DNA from: Patescibacteria group bacterium
Lineage (GTDB): Bacteria > Patescibacteriota > Microgenomatia > Levybacterales > UBA12049
Length of the DNA: 64,000 nucleotides
Direction: 5' to 3'
Assembly: GCA_038063415.1 (NCBI GenBank)
Contig: JBBTVD010000006.1
Coordinates: 299,914-363,913 of the forward strand
Every line of letters starts with the position of its first letter. Positions within the stretch are counted from its first letter, which is position 1. The notes beneath the pieces were generated by a model that saw only the letters and a program-made list of their open reading frames with translations, did no database searches and was not told where the DNA came from. Positions 19,746 to 29,392 of the stretch are shown here, in pieces. The position numbers were made by a program, and so were the translations under genes.

Positions 19746-20963
19746 TTATAACTCTACCGACCTTGTCGGTGTCGGTATCTTTGTTGGCTTGGGGGTTGGG
19801 GTTACAATCCCATACTCACCAACCATACAGGTCTTCCCCTTGAGGTAACATCCGACAAACTGTTGGATCTCAGTATAATCATCTGGTCCATTCCGTGGAG
19901 CCAGTACCCACTGATTGCCATACAGTGGACTGATGGGAGGATTCATAAGAAGACCGAGACGATCATCTGACGCATCTCCCATATCAATAACGGCACTCGT
20001 AATCTTTGCTCCTTCAAGTTTTTGGGCAAGTCTGATAAAGTCATCCAGCTCATCTTGTTTGATATCCATCTCAACACTATCCTTAAAGACTCCAAACAAG
20101 CTTGAAGCTTTCATCGGATTAAGAATTGTCCCCACTGAAAAGAGCTTATCTTTAAATGCATTAATGACCTTTTCTTGCCGCTTGGAACGGGCAAAGTCTG
20201 AGCCTTCCTTGCCAAGAGCATGTCGTGACCTGACAAATTTAAGAGCGGTCTCTCCATCCATGTGTGTTGGTCCTTTATCAAAATGCAGATGTTCATAACG
20301 GCAAGGGAAAGCATCCATAATGGTCATCGTTGCACTTTCTGAAGCGAGTTCTGCCGAGAGACTGGCAATTTCGGCTTCTGTATGTCCACAACTTGCAGCT
20401 TCTTTGCCAGCGACTGGATATTCATAATCATCAAAGGTTCGCGTGACATCGATATCCAGTCCATCTACCATATCAATTGCTTTGACAAAGCCATTGAAAT
20501 CAATCTTGATAGCATAATCAATCGGTTGTCCAAGAACCTCGCTAATCTTCTTCTTATTTGTTGCTAGACCACTCCCTGGATCGTTTTCGTCAGCCAGGGT
20601 ATAGATATGATTCACTTTTGACTGAGTATCGGGTATCCACAGATCTCGTGGCAAAGACACCATTCGTACATTTTTCTTCTCAGGATCTATTTGGGCAAAG
20701 ATGATCGTATCAGTCAGATTGGGGCCATCATGTTTTTCTCCACCAACTCCCAAGATAAGCAAATTTACTTTTTTTTCTGGCGTTTTTTTGAGGGCAATTT
20801 CTTTCTTGGCAACGGTATCCCAGAGGAATGGGAGAGCTTGAAATACTTTCAAAAGACCAAAGCCGAGGATGACCACGATAAATAACGCAAGTAAGATCTT
20901 TACGCGTTTACGGACTCCCTGTCCCTGCCGTCTTCTTCTGCTTGCATGTAACATATTATCCAT
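19746..20963 (-). CDS. LytR-CpsA-Psr (LCP) family transferase
   Basis: LTDTII, SLPRDLW, ALKFVRSRH, SDFARSKRQ. Confidence 0.93.
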   Translation of the reverse strand: MDNMLHASRRRRQGQGVRKRVKILLALFIVVILGFGLLKVFQALPFLWDTVAKKEIALKKTPEKKVNLLILGVGGEKHDGPNLTDTIIFAQIDPEKKNVRMVSLPRDLWIPDTQSKVNHIYTLADENDPGSGLATNKKKISEVLGQPIDYAIKIDFNGFVKAIDMVDGLDIDVTRTFDDYEYPVAGKEAASCGHTEAEIASLSAELASESATMTIMDAFPCRYEHLHFDKGPTHMDGETALKFVRSRHALGKEGSDFARSKRQEKVINAFKDKLFSVGTILNPMKASSLFGVFKDSVEMDIKQDELDDFIRLAQKLEGAKITSAVIDMGDASDDRLGLLMNPPISPLYGNQWVLAPRNGPDDYTEIQQFVGCYLKGKTCMVGEYGIVTPTPKPTKIPTPTRSVEL

Positions 20964-20971
20964 ATATTTAT

Positions 20972-21058
20972 GTCATCCTGGTAAGCAAAGCGCATCCAGG
21001 ATCTGTCATACAAAATAGAGCATTTTTTTTCTATAGATTCTGGACAAGCCAGAATGAC
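20972..21058 (+). repeat. Palindromic element, subfamily A, intergenic
   Basis: GTCATCCTGG..CCAGGATC-spacer-GATTCTGGACAAGCCAGAATGAC between tpiA and the LCP gene. Confidence 0.9.
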
Positions 21059-21067
21059 GTTTAGACT

Positions 21068-21733
21068 CTATGCATTTCCGACAATCCCGACAAACTTCTT
21101 TGCGTCAAGACTTGCCCCTCCAACCAGTACCCCGTCAATAACAGATACATTGGTGAAACTATTGACGTTATCAGCAGTAACACTTCCTCCATAAAGAACG
21201 GCTTTCACCTGTGGATTTTTCTGCTTTATGACCACAGCAACTTCCTCTGCATCTTCTGGCGTGTCTGGATTTCCTGTCCCAATTGCGGCAATAGGTTCAT
21301 AAGCAACAACAGTTACCCCTGATGGAATCTTGGTTTCTTTACCCTGCACACAAAAGATTGGGGTAAGATCCTGTGATAATGCCATTTTTACCTTTTCCTC
21401 AAGCATTTCATCGGTCTCTGAGAAATACTTACGTCTTTCCGAATGCCCAACAATTGCATACTCTGCAAATTCTTTTACTTGAGTAGCATTTATCTGACCA
21501 GTATAAGAGCCACTAGGAAAAGATGAGACATCCTGTGCACCGAGTTTTATTTCAGCAATATATTCAAGCAGATAATCTTTGATAAAAGGAAGTAGATGAT
21601 AGGGAGGACAAACAATAACTTCTTTTCCCTGAGGAACTTGAAAATCTCTTTTGACAAACTGCTGCAACCATTCCCGCGCTTCGAGACGAGTTTTGTTTGA
21701 CTTCCAGTTGGCGACAATAAAAAGCTTCTTCAT
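21068..21733 (-). CDS. tpiA: Triosephosphate isomerase (short form)
   Basis: VANWK, GHSERR, AYEP, LYGGSV, LVGGASL; ATG at 21733. Confidence 0.95.
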   Translation of the reverse strand: MKKLFIVANWKSNKTRLEAREWLQQFVKRDFQVPQGKEVIVCPPYHLLPFIKDYLLEYIAEIKLGAQDVSSFPSGSYTGQINATQVKEFAEYAIVGHSERRKYFSETDEMLEEKVKMALSQDLTPIFCVQGKETKIPSGVTVVAYEPIAAIGTGNPDTPEDAEEVAVVIKQKNPQVKAVLYGGSVTADNVNSFTNVSVIDGVLVGGASLDAKKFVGIVGNA

Positions 21734-21758
21734 TATGTTACAATCTATACTACTAAGA

Positions 21759-21860
21759 GAGCGAGGGGTGACAGAAGTAAAAGGGATCCCGACGGCGCGC
21801 AGTGAATAATCATGAGCGAGCACTGACGGGAATGAAACTTCTGGCAGGACCCCGAACCGT
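21759..21860. repeat. GC-rich nested inverted-repeat element between divergent tpiA and pcrA
   Basis: GGGGTGACAGAAGT pairs imperfectly with ACTTCTGGCAGGACCCC; inner TCCCG/CGGGA stem. Confidence 0.6.
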
Positions 21861-21882
21861 TAATATTTGTCCATTATACTCT

Positions 21883-23751
21883 ATGACAAGTGGCCTACTC
21901 AAGGATCTAAATCCAGAACAACAACAAGCAGTACTTGCAACAAATGGCCCAACAATTATCCTGGCCGGCGCAGGATCTGGAAAAACACGTGTCTTAACCT
22001 ACAAAGTCCTCTATCTCATGCTTGAGAAAAACATCCCGGCAGAGTCAATCCTCATGGTTACCTTTACCAACAAAGCTGCCAAAGAAATGAAAGAGAGAAT
22101 CTTGCATGCACTGGCAGAACAAAGACAAACAGCAGCGATCCCAACCGTCGCAACCTTTCATTCGCTCTGTGCCAAAATACTCAGAATTGAAGGTAAGCAT
22201 TTAGGCTTCTCGCAACAGTTCACGATTTATGATTCACAGGATCAAATTGACGCAATCAAAGAAGCAATGAAGCAACTTGATCTCTCGGTCAAAGACTTTA
22301 AACCTCATTCCATTCATGCCACAATTTCTGAGGCAAAAAACGAGCTTTTGACCCCCGAAGAGTACGTTTCCTTTGCCAGGGGGACCTTCCAACAAGCCGT
22401 CGCCAAGGTATATCCTCTTTACCAAAAGATTCTTAAAGCAAACGACGCGCTTGATTTTGATGACCTTATTTCCTATACCATCAGACTTTTTCGGGAGAAC
22501 GACCAGATTCGTGAGAAATATCGAAATAGATTTGAGTACATTCTTATCGATGAATATCAAGATACTAACCGTGCACAGTACACACTTACCCGCCTCTTGG
22601 TTAACCCAGAAGGCCCACAAAACGTCTGTGTCGTTGGTGACTTCTCCCAGAGCATCTACAGCTGGCGTGGAGCAGATTATCACAATCTCCTGCGCTTCAA
22701 AGATGATTTCCCGGGAGCCAAGACCTTTTCCTTGTCTCAAAACTACCGCTCCACTCAAAAAATCCTTGATGCAGCCTCAACCGTTATTGCAAAAAATAAA
22801 TCGCATCCTGTACTTAAACTCTGGACAGAGAATCCAGACGGGGAAGAGATAGAGATTTATGAAGCGATGAATGAGCAAGATGAGGCTGACTTTATCATCC
22901 GTACGGTTGCCAATCTTGGCCTCAAAAACTTGAGTAAAGTAGCCGTCCTCTACCGAACCAATGCCCAGTCCCGTGTCATGGAAGAAGCACTCCTCCACCA
23001 TGCACTCCCGTATGTGCTGATCGGGGGGACACGGTTTTATGAACGAAAAGAAATAAAGGATGTCCTGTGTTATCTAAGGCTTATCAATAATCCAAGTGAG
23101 TCAATTGCCTACAAACGTGCAGAAAAATTGGGGAAGGGGAGATTGGCAAAGTTCTTGGCCTATCAATCCTCTGTCATTCTGGTAAGTGAGGAACGAACGC
23201 ATCCAGAATCTACTCAACAAAAAGATGCTGGACAAGCCAGCATGACGACGATTGACCTACTGGATGGCGTCGTCCGAGCAACAGGGTACCTTGAGCTGTA
23301 CGACGACAAAATAGAAGAAGACCGGCAACGGTTAGAAAACATTAAAGAACTTCGCTCTGTAGCTATGGAATTCCCGCTGCTTTTTGAGTTCTTGGAAAAC
23401 GTGGCTCTGGTTGAGCAAGAATATGATTCTGAAAAAAATGCCGAAGGCAAGATAACCCTTATGACGCTCCATGCGGCCAAAGGACTTGAGTTCCCGATTG
23501 TTTTTATCATTGGTATGGAAGAGGGACTCTTCCCCCACAGTCGAAGTCTTATGGATCGGGAGCAACTAGAAGAAGAGCGAAGGCTTTGTTACGTGGGCAT
23601 GACCCGAGCAAAAGAGAAACTCTATATGACCTATGCCAAAAGACGACTGTTCTTTGGACAACGAGCAACCAATACCGTCTCCCGCTTTGTCCTTGAGATG
23701 CCCGAGGAAATGATCTCCCACATCAAATATGAATCCTGGGAAAGTGCATAA
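21883..23751 (+). CDS. pcrA: UvrD/PcrA DNA helicase with an in-frame palindromic insert
   Basis: AGAGSGKT, DEYQD, QNYRST, HAAKGLEF, EEERRLCYVGMTRA; ATG at 21883. Confidence 0.95.
   Translation: MTSGLLKDLNPEQQQAVLATNGPTIILAGAGSGKTRVLTYKVLYLMLEKNIPAESILMVTFTNKAAKEMKERILHALAEQRQTAAIPTVATFHSLCAKILRIEGKHLGFSQQFTIYDSQDQIDAIKEAMKQLDLSVKDFKPHSIHATISEAKNELLTPEEYVSFARGTFQQAVAKVYPLYQKILKANDALDFDDLISYTIRLFRENDQIREKYRNRFEYILIDEYQDTNRAQYTLTRLLVNPEGPQNVCVVGDFSQSIYSWRGADYHNLLRFKDDFPGAKTFSLSQNYRSTQKILDAASTVIAKNKSHPVLKLWTENPDGEEIEIYEAMNEQDEADFIIRTVANLGLKNLSKVAVLYRTNAQSRVMEEALLHHALPYVLIGGTRFYERKEIKDVLCYLRLINNPSESIAYKRAEKLGKGRLAKFLAYQSSVILVSEERTHPESTQQKDAGQASMTTIDLLDGVVRATGYLELYDDKIEEDRQRLENIKELRSVAMEFPLLFEFLENVALVEQEYDSEKNAEGKITLMTLHAAKGLEFPIVFIIGMEEGLFPHSRSLMDREQLEEERRLCYVGMTRAKEKLYMTYAKRRLFFGQRATNTVSRFVLEMPEEMISHIKYESWESA
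23173..23246 (+). repeat. Palindromic element, subfamily A, in-frame in pcrA
   Basis: GTCATTCTGG..CCAGAATC-spacer-GATGCTGGACAAGCCAGCATGAC; reads VILVSEERTHPESTQQKDAGQASMT. Confidence 0.92.
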
Positions 23752-23752
23752 G

Positions 23753-24445
23753 TTAATCTGTTAAAAAATGCAGATATCTTTTTGCATTAAGCAGGTTGAG
23801 GATTCCCGTGAAGCCGTGATTTAACCAACCATTAACGACAACTTCATATGGATACTTTCTTTCTTGCAACAGTTGAAGTAATCTTTCCCCTTGTTCATAG
23901 GGAATCAGTTCATCTTTCTTGGCAAGATAGATCAAAATACTTTTCCCTTGTAAATTATCCATATTATATTGTGGACTAATCGATTTCCAGGCTGCTACTA
24001 ACTGCTCTTTAGTAAAATTTTGCTGCTTCAAGTTCTCTTTAAAACCCGGAATGACAGCATCCCAACTCCACACCGATTCAGCGGTATCTGCTCCACTTGT
24101 ATTAAGAATTACCTTCGTAATGTCGGAGGATTCATTTGCAACAAGTATTGCCGGAATCGTTCCCAGACTTGTACCAAAGACAGAAAAAGAGTCCAGTCCC
24201 TGTGCTTTTAAGATACTTATTTGCTGTAAAATAGCTTTTTTTATTGCCAGTAATTCTTTTACTGTTTTTGTAGTATTGGGTGAGAATACTTCATTGTGAT
24301 AAGTATAGGTGATGCAATAGTACCCATTGCTTTCCAGAATCTTTGCCGTAATCCACAGCATCGCAGGAGTATAGGTCCAACCACCAATAAGGAAAACAAC
24401 TTTCTTATGTTTTCTTCCATACTGTTTTTTTAAGAAAGATGGCAT
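23753..24445 (-). CDS. Alpha/beta hydrolase
   Basis: GTSLG nucleophile elbow, DELIP, C-terminal His; probable ATG at 24445. Confidence 0.75.
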   Translation of the reverse strand: MPSFLKKQYGRKHKKVVFLIGGWTYTPAMLWITAKILESNGYYCITYTYHNEVFSPNTTKTVKELLAIKKAILQQISILKAQGLDSFSVFGTSLGTIPAILVANESSDITKVILNTSGADTAESVWSWDAVIPGFKENLKQQNFTKEQLVAAWKSISPQYNMDNLQGKSILIYLAKKDELIPYEQGERLLQLLQERKYPYEVVVNGWLNHGFTGILNLLNAKRYLHFLTD

Positions 24446-24484
24446 GGCATTATTATACAGTTTTTTATCTGCTACAATATCCTC

Positions 24485-25543
24485 ATGACCGTCCACGCTA
24501 TTACATCCGAAGAAAAAGCAGTATTTAATGCTGTTGTTGACCATCCTCTCCAATCGTACGAATGGGGAGAGTTTCGCGAGAAAACCGGAGTAAAAGTTAT
24601 CAGACGAGGATTTTTTGAAGGAAAAAAGCTTATTTCGGCCTTCCAACTGACTATCCATCCCGTCCCACACACCCCCTGGACTATTGGTTACCTACCAAAA
24701 GGGGATATGCCGACAAAAGAGGTGCTTGAGGAACTGAAACGAATTGGCAAAGAAGAGAGATGTATTTCAATCCAACTTGAACCAAATGTGATAAAACAAT
24801 CTGTCATTCCCGCGAAAGCGGGAATCCATGGATCCCCGATCGGGGTCGGGGATGACAAGCTGAAACAACTTGGACTCATCCCAGCCGCTCATCCTCTCTT
24901 TACCAAATATACCTTTGTGCTCGATCTAACAAAATCAGAAGATGAGCTTCTCAAAAATATGCATCCAAAAGGAAGATATAATATTAAAGTTGCAGGTAAA
25001 CATGGGGTTACCGTTCATGAGGATAATTCAGAGAAAGCCTTTACAAAATACTGGGAACTAACAGAAGAAACGACGCAAAGGCAAAAATTTTATGCACATG
25101 GCAGAAGATATCATGAATTACAGTGGGAAATCTTTCCCCATACTCCGCAAAAAACGCAGCTAACCTCACACCTTTTTGTGGCAACCTATGAAAAAAAGAT
25201 TTTGACTACCATGCTCTTTTTTGTCTTTCATGATACGCTCTACTATCCGTATGGGGCATCCAGTGGTGAGCATCGCAACGTCATGCACTCCAACCTTACG
25301 ATGTGGGAAGGCATCAGGTTTGGCAAGAAGTTAGGACTCAAAAAATTTGACATGTGGGGAGCGATGGGACAAAATCCTGATCAGAATGATCCCTGGTACG
25401 GCTTTCATACCTTCAAACAACGTTATGGACCTGATCATGTTGAATTTATCGGCAGTTATGATCTCGTGATGAATCAAATACTGTATCAGGCATATAAAAT
25501 TGCGGATAAGTTGCGATGGATGTTATTACGTATAAAAGGATAA
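24485..25543 (+). CDS. FemAB/FemX peptidoglycan bridge aminoacyltransferase
   Basis: HPLQSYEWGEFR, RYNIK.A.K.GV, YYPYGAS, FDMWG, GF..FK..YG. Confidence 0.92.
   Translation: MTVHAITSEEKAVFNAVVDHPLQSYEWGEFREKTGVKVIRRGFFEGKKLISAFQLTIHPVPHTPWTIGYLPKGDMPTKEVLEELKRIGKEERCISIQLEPNVIKQSVIPAKAGIHGSPIGVGDDKLKQLGLIPAAHPLFTKYTFVLDLTKSEDELLKNMHPKGRYNIKVAGKHGVTVHEDNSEKAFTKYWELTEETTQRQKFYAHGRRYHELQWEIFPHTPQKTQLTSHLFVATYEKKILTTMLFFVFHDTLYYPYGASSGEHRNVMHSNLTMWEGIRFGKKLGLKKFDMWGAMGQNPDQNDPWYGFHTFKQRYGPDHVEFIGSYDLVMNQILYQAYKIADKLRWMLLRIKG
24802..24857 (+). repeat. TGTC-tagged palindromic element with a dRS3/RPE-like core, in-frame in FemAB
   Basis: TGTCATTCCCGCGAAAGCGGGAATC-CATG-GATCCCCGATCGGGGTCGGGGATGACA; reads VIPAKAGIHGSPIGVGDD. 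Confidence 0.92.
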
Positions 25544-25564
25544 AGCTTATCTTGTTACTCCTTT

Positions 25565-26032
25565 TCAAATTAAACCAAAGCGTTCCTTTAGTTCAACTAT
25601 CCAATGGCTTTCAGGCAAAAATTTGATCCCATGTTTTTCGCAAGCACGATCAAATCCATTACTATCTCCTTCTTTTAAAGCAGTTATTTCTTCAAACCAT
25701 TTTTCAGTACCACCAGGTGTTAATACTTCAATAACAACCGCTGGCACCAACCCTGGGTTCCACATGGAATGTTGAATATTACGTGGCTTAAGTGCCCATT
25801 GCCCTTTGCGAGCTGATTTAATAGTTTCTCCTATTAAAACACCAATCTCTCCAGATTGGACATATACCCATACATCATTTTTATGCACGTGAGGAGGTAC
25901 AAGAGTCTTTGGTGGCAACGTCTCTTCCACAACGGACATAACACCACTAGTATGTTCAGAACGAACTTTTATTGTTACTTTAAAAGCTCCAGATAATTTT
26001 TCAGTTTTAGGGACAATAACCAATCTAGTCAT
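25565..26032 (-). CDS. Cupin domain protein
   Basis: PPHVH..D and PRNIQHS cupin motifs. Confidence 0.85.
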   Translation of the reverse strand: MTRLVIVPKTEKLSGAFKVTIKVRSEHTSGVMSVVEETLPPKTLVPPHVHKNDVWVYVQSGEIGVLIGETIKSARKGQWALKPRNIQHSMWNPGLVPAVVIEVLTPGGTEKWFEEITALKEGDSNGFDRACEKHGIKFLPESHWIVELKERFGLI

Positions 26033-26097
26033 TTTAGATACTACCCGAGCTGTTAAGAACTCAAATTACTTTTGCTTTAGTTTAAACTGCCTATATT

Positions 26098-26622
26098 TTA
26101 CCTATGCTTCGGTATTTGATACACATACACTTCATTCTTCTCATCACTAGCAATGAGTGGCAGATCGATTTTGTACACAAACGTAACGACCCTTGTCCCC
26201 GGCTTTAACTCTTTAAGTAATTTAGGTTTTAACTGATTGAGGGCTTTGGGTATTAAATACATAATGACAACCGTTGCTTCTGAGACATCGACGGCAAAGA
26301 AATTCTTTCGATAAACCTTAAGCTTTCTAGAATTTTTGCTGGCCAAAAAACGAATCTTTGCCACCCAATAGCGTAAAGGATCGATCTCAATCCCTACACC
26401 TTGAGCACCCAGATTGGCTGCCGTAAGAAGAGCAGTCCCGTCACCACACCCAAGATCATACACGACATCGTTTTTTGTCACTTTGGCAAGTTTACATTGC
26501 ATTTTTGCGATCTTTCCTGATGTCCGCCACCATGGAGACCAGGGGCTATCAGGAGGCCACACCATAGAGAGGAGAAAGAAAAGAAGACCTAAGGTAATAA
26601 AGAATAGAATAAATACGAGCAT
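26098..26622 (-). CDS. Class I SAM-dependent methyltransferase with an N-terminal TM helix
   Basis: VYDLGCGDG, GIEIDP, ELKPGTRVV. Confidence 0.88.
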   Translation of the reverse strand: MLVFILFFITLGLLFFLLSMVWPPDSPWSPWWRTSGKIAKMQCKLAKVTKNDVVYDLGCGDGTALLTAANLGAQGVGIEIDPLRYWVAKIRFLASKNSRKLKVYRKNFFAVDVSEATVVIMYLIPKALNQLKPKLLKELKPGTRVVTFVYKIDLPLIASDEKNEVYVYQIPKHR

Positions 26623-26625
26623 AGA

Positions 26626-26922
26626 TTAGAAAAAAATAACTTTACCGAGTATATTTTTCCTGTCTATCATACCAAACGTCCGGCTATCTGTGCTATGGGC
26701 AGGATTATCTCCCATCAAAAAATACTTCTGCTTTTCCTTTTTGGCAATCCGTTTGATAAGAATCTTACCATCACGAGGATCCTTTGCAGCAACGATATCT
26801 CCTACCTGCGGCTGCTTAAAAAAGAACGCGCATCGGTTGACCAGTATGTGCTGTCCATTCTGCAAGGTAATGGACATGCTCTGACCAAAAATCTTATAAT
26901 GAATAATCGGTAACCAAATCAT
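26626..26922 (-). CDS. sodX: Ni-SOD maturation protease (S26 family)
   Basis: GQSM, LIKRI, GDNPAHSTDSRTFG; lies downstream of sodN. Confidence 0.85.
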   Translation of the reverse strand: MIWLPIIHYKIFGQSMSITLQNGQHILVNRCAFFFKQPQVGDIVAAKDPRDGKILIKRIAKKEKQKYFLMGDNPAHSTDSRTFGMIDRKNILGKVIFF

Positions 26923-27782
26923 ATCTCTTTAGGAAAAAACGACTCTCTCATGTTCTGGCAAATCTAGTTCAGCAATCTGCTGGAGTGAAGGAATTAATCC
27001 AAAGATACTATCAACAGAAACTCCTGATGGCAAAGGAAAAGCAAGTAAAGAAAATAGTCGATCAGTCTTTATCTTTAGTCTATCACTAAAATTATTATTT
27101 GAGGTGGCGATTTGTACGACTTCCTGATCTCCTAATTTTTCTCCTCGAAAAGTAGAAGTTGTATGATGTCGTGATTGATAGATTCTTTTTTGTACCTCAC
27201 CACCTTCTAGTAAAAGCTTAGTGATCCATTCGATATCTGCTGTTCTATCAAACTGCGCTCTTCGCTTTGCAACAGAAAGCCCACCAATAAGCGTCGTAGC
27301 ACTGGAAAGTTCTGCCGACGAATAAAAGGTACGATATAGGTTCTTGGGTCTTCTCTATGCTCATCAACCACAGCTCACAGGACGTGTAATTGAGCGTCAG
27401 GTTGTATGTTTCCAATAATACTATGTAGGGTAGCCTGATCTCTTGTGGTAGAAAAAAAACCTGTGGTGAGAATTTTTGGATCAGGAGAGGTATATTCAGC
27501 AAAAGAGATTACCCTTTCAGAATAAGCCTCGGCCAACAGAATTCTTTCTTCTGGACGAAGAGGGGGAAAACCAGTTGTGTCTATTTCTGTTTTTTGATCA
27601 AGATAGATACTTGTTTCGATAGGACCAACGATACAAGCTGCTTTAAACATTGCTCTTGCTAGAAGACTTTTTCCAGCGAATCTCAAAATATCTCTTCTCG
27701 TTTGAGGCTGAGAACGATCAACTTCTCGATCTTTCACTGGGGAGATTATCCGCTTCCCTATTTTCTTTGTCAATATCAACAA
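26919..27782 (-). pseudogene. Disrupted hypothetical gene between sodN and sodX
   Basis: 5' ORF (RRDILRF motif) stops at 27375. A different frame is open from about 27355 to a TGA at 26919 that overlaps the sodX ATG. Confidence 0.5.
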
Positions 27783-27799
27783 TCCCTGGAGAGGATACT

Positions 27800-28216
27800 T
27801 TATTTAGCAGCAGCTTTTGTTTGGTTAAAGATATCGGTGATTTCAACAATTAAATCGAGCAATTTCTGACCATCTGCTGGATCAACTGATTTTTTTGTTT
27901 GACCTGCTGCCTTAGTTGCTCGCCAAAAAAGATCATGTAGTTGTGGGAATTTCTCAAGATGTTCAGGCTTGAAATAATCTGTCCACAGTACCCAGAGATG
28001 ATGCTTAACCAGTTCTGCTCGTTGCTCTTTGATAAAAACTGCTCGCCATTTTTGCTCGTCCTCATGAAGCTCAGCATACTTCTCCATAATCTTCATGATA
28101 CTTTCTGCTTCAATTCGAGCTTGTGCAGGATCGTACACTCCACATGGAAGATCGCAATGTGCATAAGCAACCTGCTCAGGAAGGAGTTTGGAGAGGAGTG
28201 AGACAAAACGATTCAT
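27800..28216 (-). CDS. sodN: Nickel superoxide dismutase
   Basis: Propeptide followed by the Ni-hook HCDLPCGVYDP; LWTDYFKP. Confidence 0.97.
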   Translation of the reverse strand: MNRFVSLLSKLLPEQVAYAHCDLPCGVYDPAQARIEAESIMKIMEKYAELHEDEQKWRAVFIKEQRAELVKHHLWVLWTDYFKPEHLEKFPQLHDLFWRATKAAGQTKKSVDPADGQKLLDLIVEITDIFNQTKAAAK

Positions 28217-28249
28217 CTTTCTATATCCTACTGCTATTTTTTAAAAAAA

Positions 28250-29314
28250 TCAACCCCGGGTTCTTGGAGATATTTTTTTCAACCAACCACCAATTGCGTC
28301 AAGGTAAGGCTTTTTATTCTCAAGCATATTATAATGTCCCTGGTTGCCTTCCAATCCTCTCTCTTCAATCACGGCCATGGGTCCGACAATCTTTCGCAAA
28401 TGCCTATTTGCTCGCTCATTATCAACAGCAGCATCTGCCTTGGGATTTTCTGGCGACAAGGAAAGAATCTGCATACCGTCATCTCGAACGATGTCCTGAA
28501 TGATTCCAATTTCTTCTCTTGTAAGAGAATCACCCAACTCACTAAATTCATCAAGTAACACTCGGGGACCTACGGCATTATCTGGAGCCAAATCCCTCCG
28601 AGTAGCGCCATAAACAACTGCTGTTACGATGCCTCCACCTTGATAACCTGTTTCCTCGACAAGATAATTGACACCTTTAGCAACGCTACTGCCACGCACG
28701 TCACTTAAATCATAAGGAGTACAGTCGGTAATCAGATGGGTAAATTGTATAGCAGATCCTGCTCTTCGCAACGCCGCTGCAACTTTCAATGCATACTGTC
28801 CACCAGCACTCCCTCCCATGAGTGCTACTTTTTTTAGGCTTTTTTTTTCATGCTTGAGAAAGTCTTGTACGACACTATCGAGATCAACACCTAAACTACT
28901 AAAATCAATGTACCCCATAGCTCCAAATTGTTCAAACTCAGGATGTGCTAGTGGATCTTCTGCCGAAGCTTCGGAGGAATATCGAAGAAATGAAGCAATA
29001 TCTTTTGCATGATCTACCTGCACTCCCGGAAAGCAAAAAAGCGCAGCTTGAGTTTCTGCTAATCTTCGTCCTTCTCCAGAATTATCTAAGAACCTCGCAT
29101 GTGAGGTGTAACCTCCGAGTAATTCAGGAACTAGTCGTGAACCTTGATCAACAGCTGATACAACGGCAACCGCTTTTAAGAAAGTTCTTCTCGGAAAGGC
29201 TCTTGCACGACCTATCGCAGAGAGATCATCAGCGGAACTATTTGGTGTTTGGTCAGGAAGCCTACGAGAAAAACTTGGTAATCCAAATCGACGAGAGGGA
29301 TTTGTTTCAGTCAT
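28250..29314 (-). CDS. Hypothetical alpha/beta-hydrolase-like protein with an RRxFLK motif
   Basis: PRRTFLK, FPG, GGSAGG, C-terminal GH. Confidence 0.6.
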   Translation of the reverse strand: MTETNPSRRFGLPSFSRRLPDQTPNSSADDLSAIGRARAFPRRTFLKAVAVVSAVDQGSRLVPELLGGYTSHARFLDNSGEGRRLAETQAALFCFPGVQVDHAKDIASFLRYSSEASAEDPLAHPEFEQFGAMGYIDFSSLGVDLDSVVQDFLKHEKKSLKKVALMGGSAGGQYALKVAAALRRAGSAIQFTHLITDCTPYDLSDVRGSSVAKGVNYLVEETGYQGGGIVTAVVYGATRRDLAPDNAVGPRVLLDEFSELGDSLTREEIGIIQDIVRDDGMQILSLSPENPKADAAVDNERANRHLRKIVGPMAVIEERGLEGNQGHYNMLENKKPYLDAIGGWLKKISPRTRG

Positions 29315-29392
29315 AAAAATTATTTTATCATCTTAATCCTATAATAATCAAGCGGTTTGACAATTACCCTCATAATATACTACGGTTAATAT

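Noticed and set aside
21733-21883. Long overlapping N-terminal extensions of tpiA and pcrA in the ORF track
   Set aside because: Homology begins at ATG 21733 and ATG 21883; the extensions are read-through of the GC-rich intergenic element.
27375-27377. TGA as a recoded sense codon (code 25 or Sec)
   Set aside because: TGA terminates many genes here (pilN, pilO, pilC, pilB), and a further frameshift is still needed downstream.
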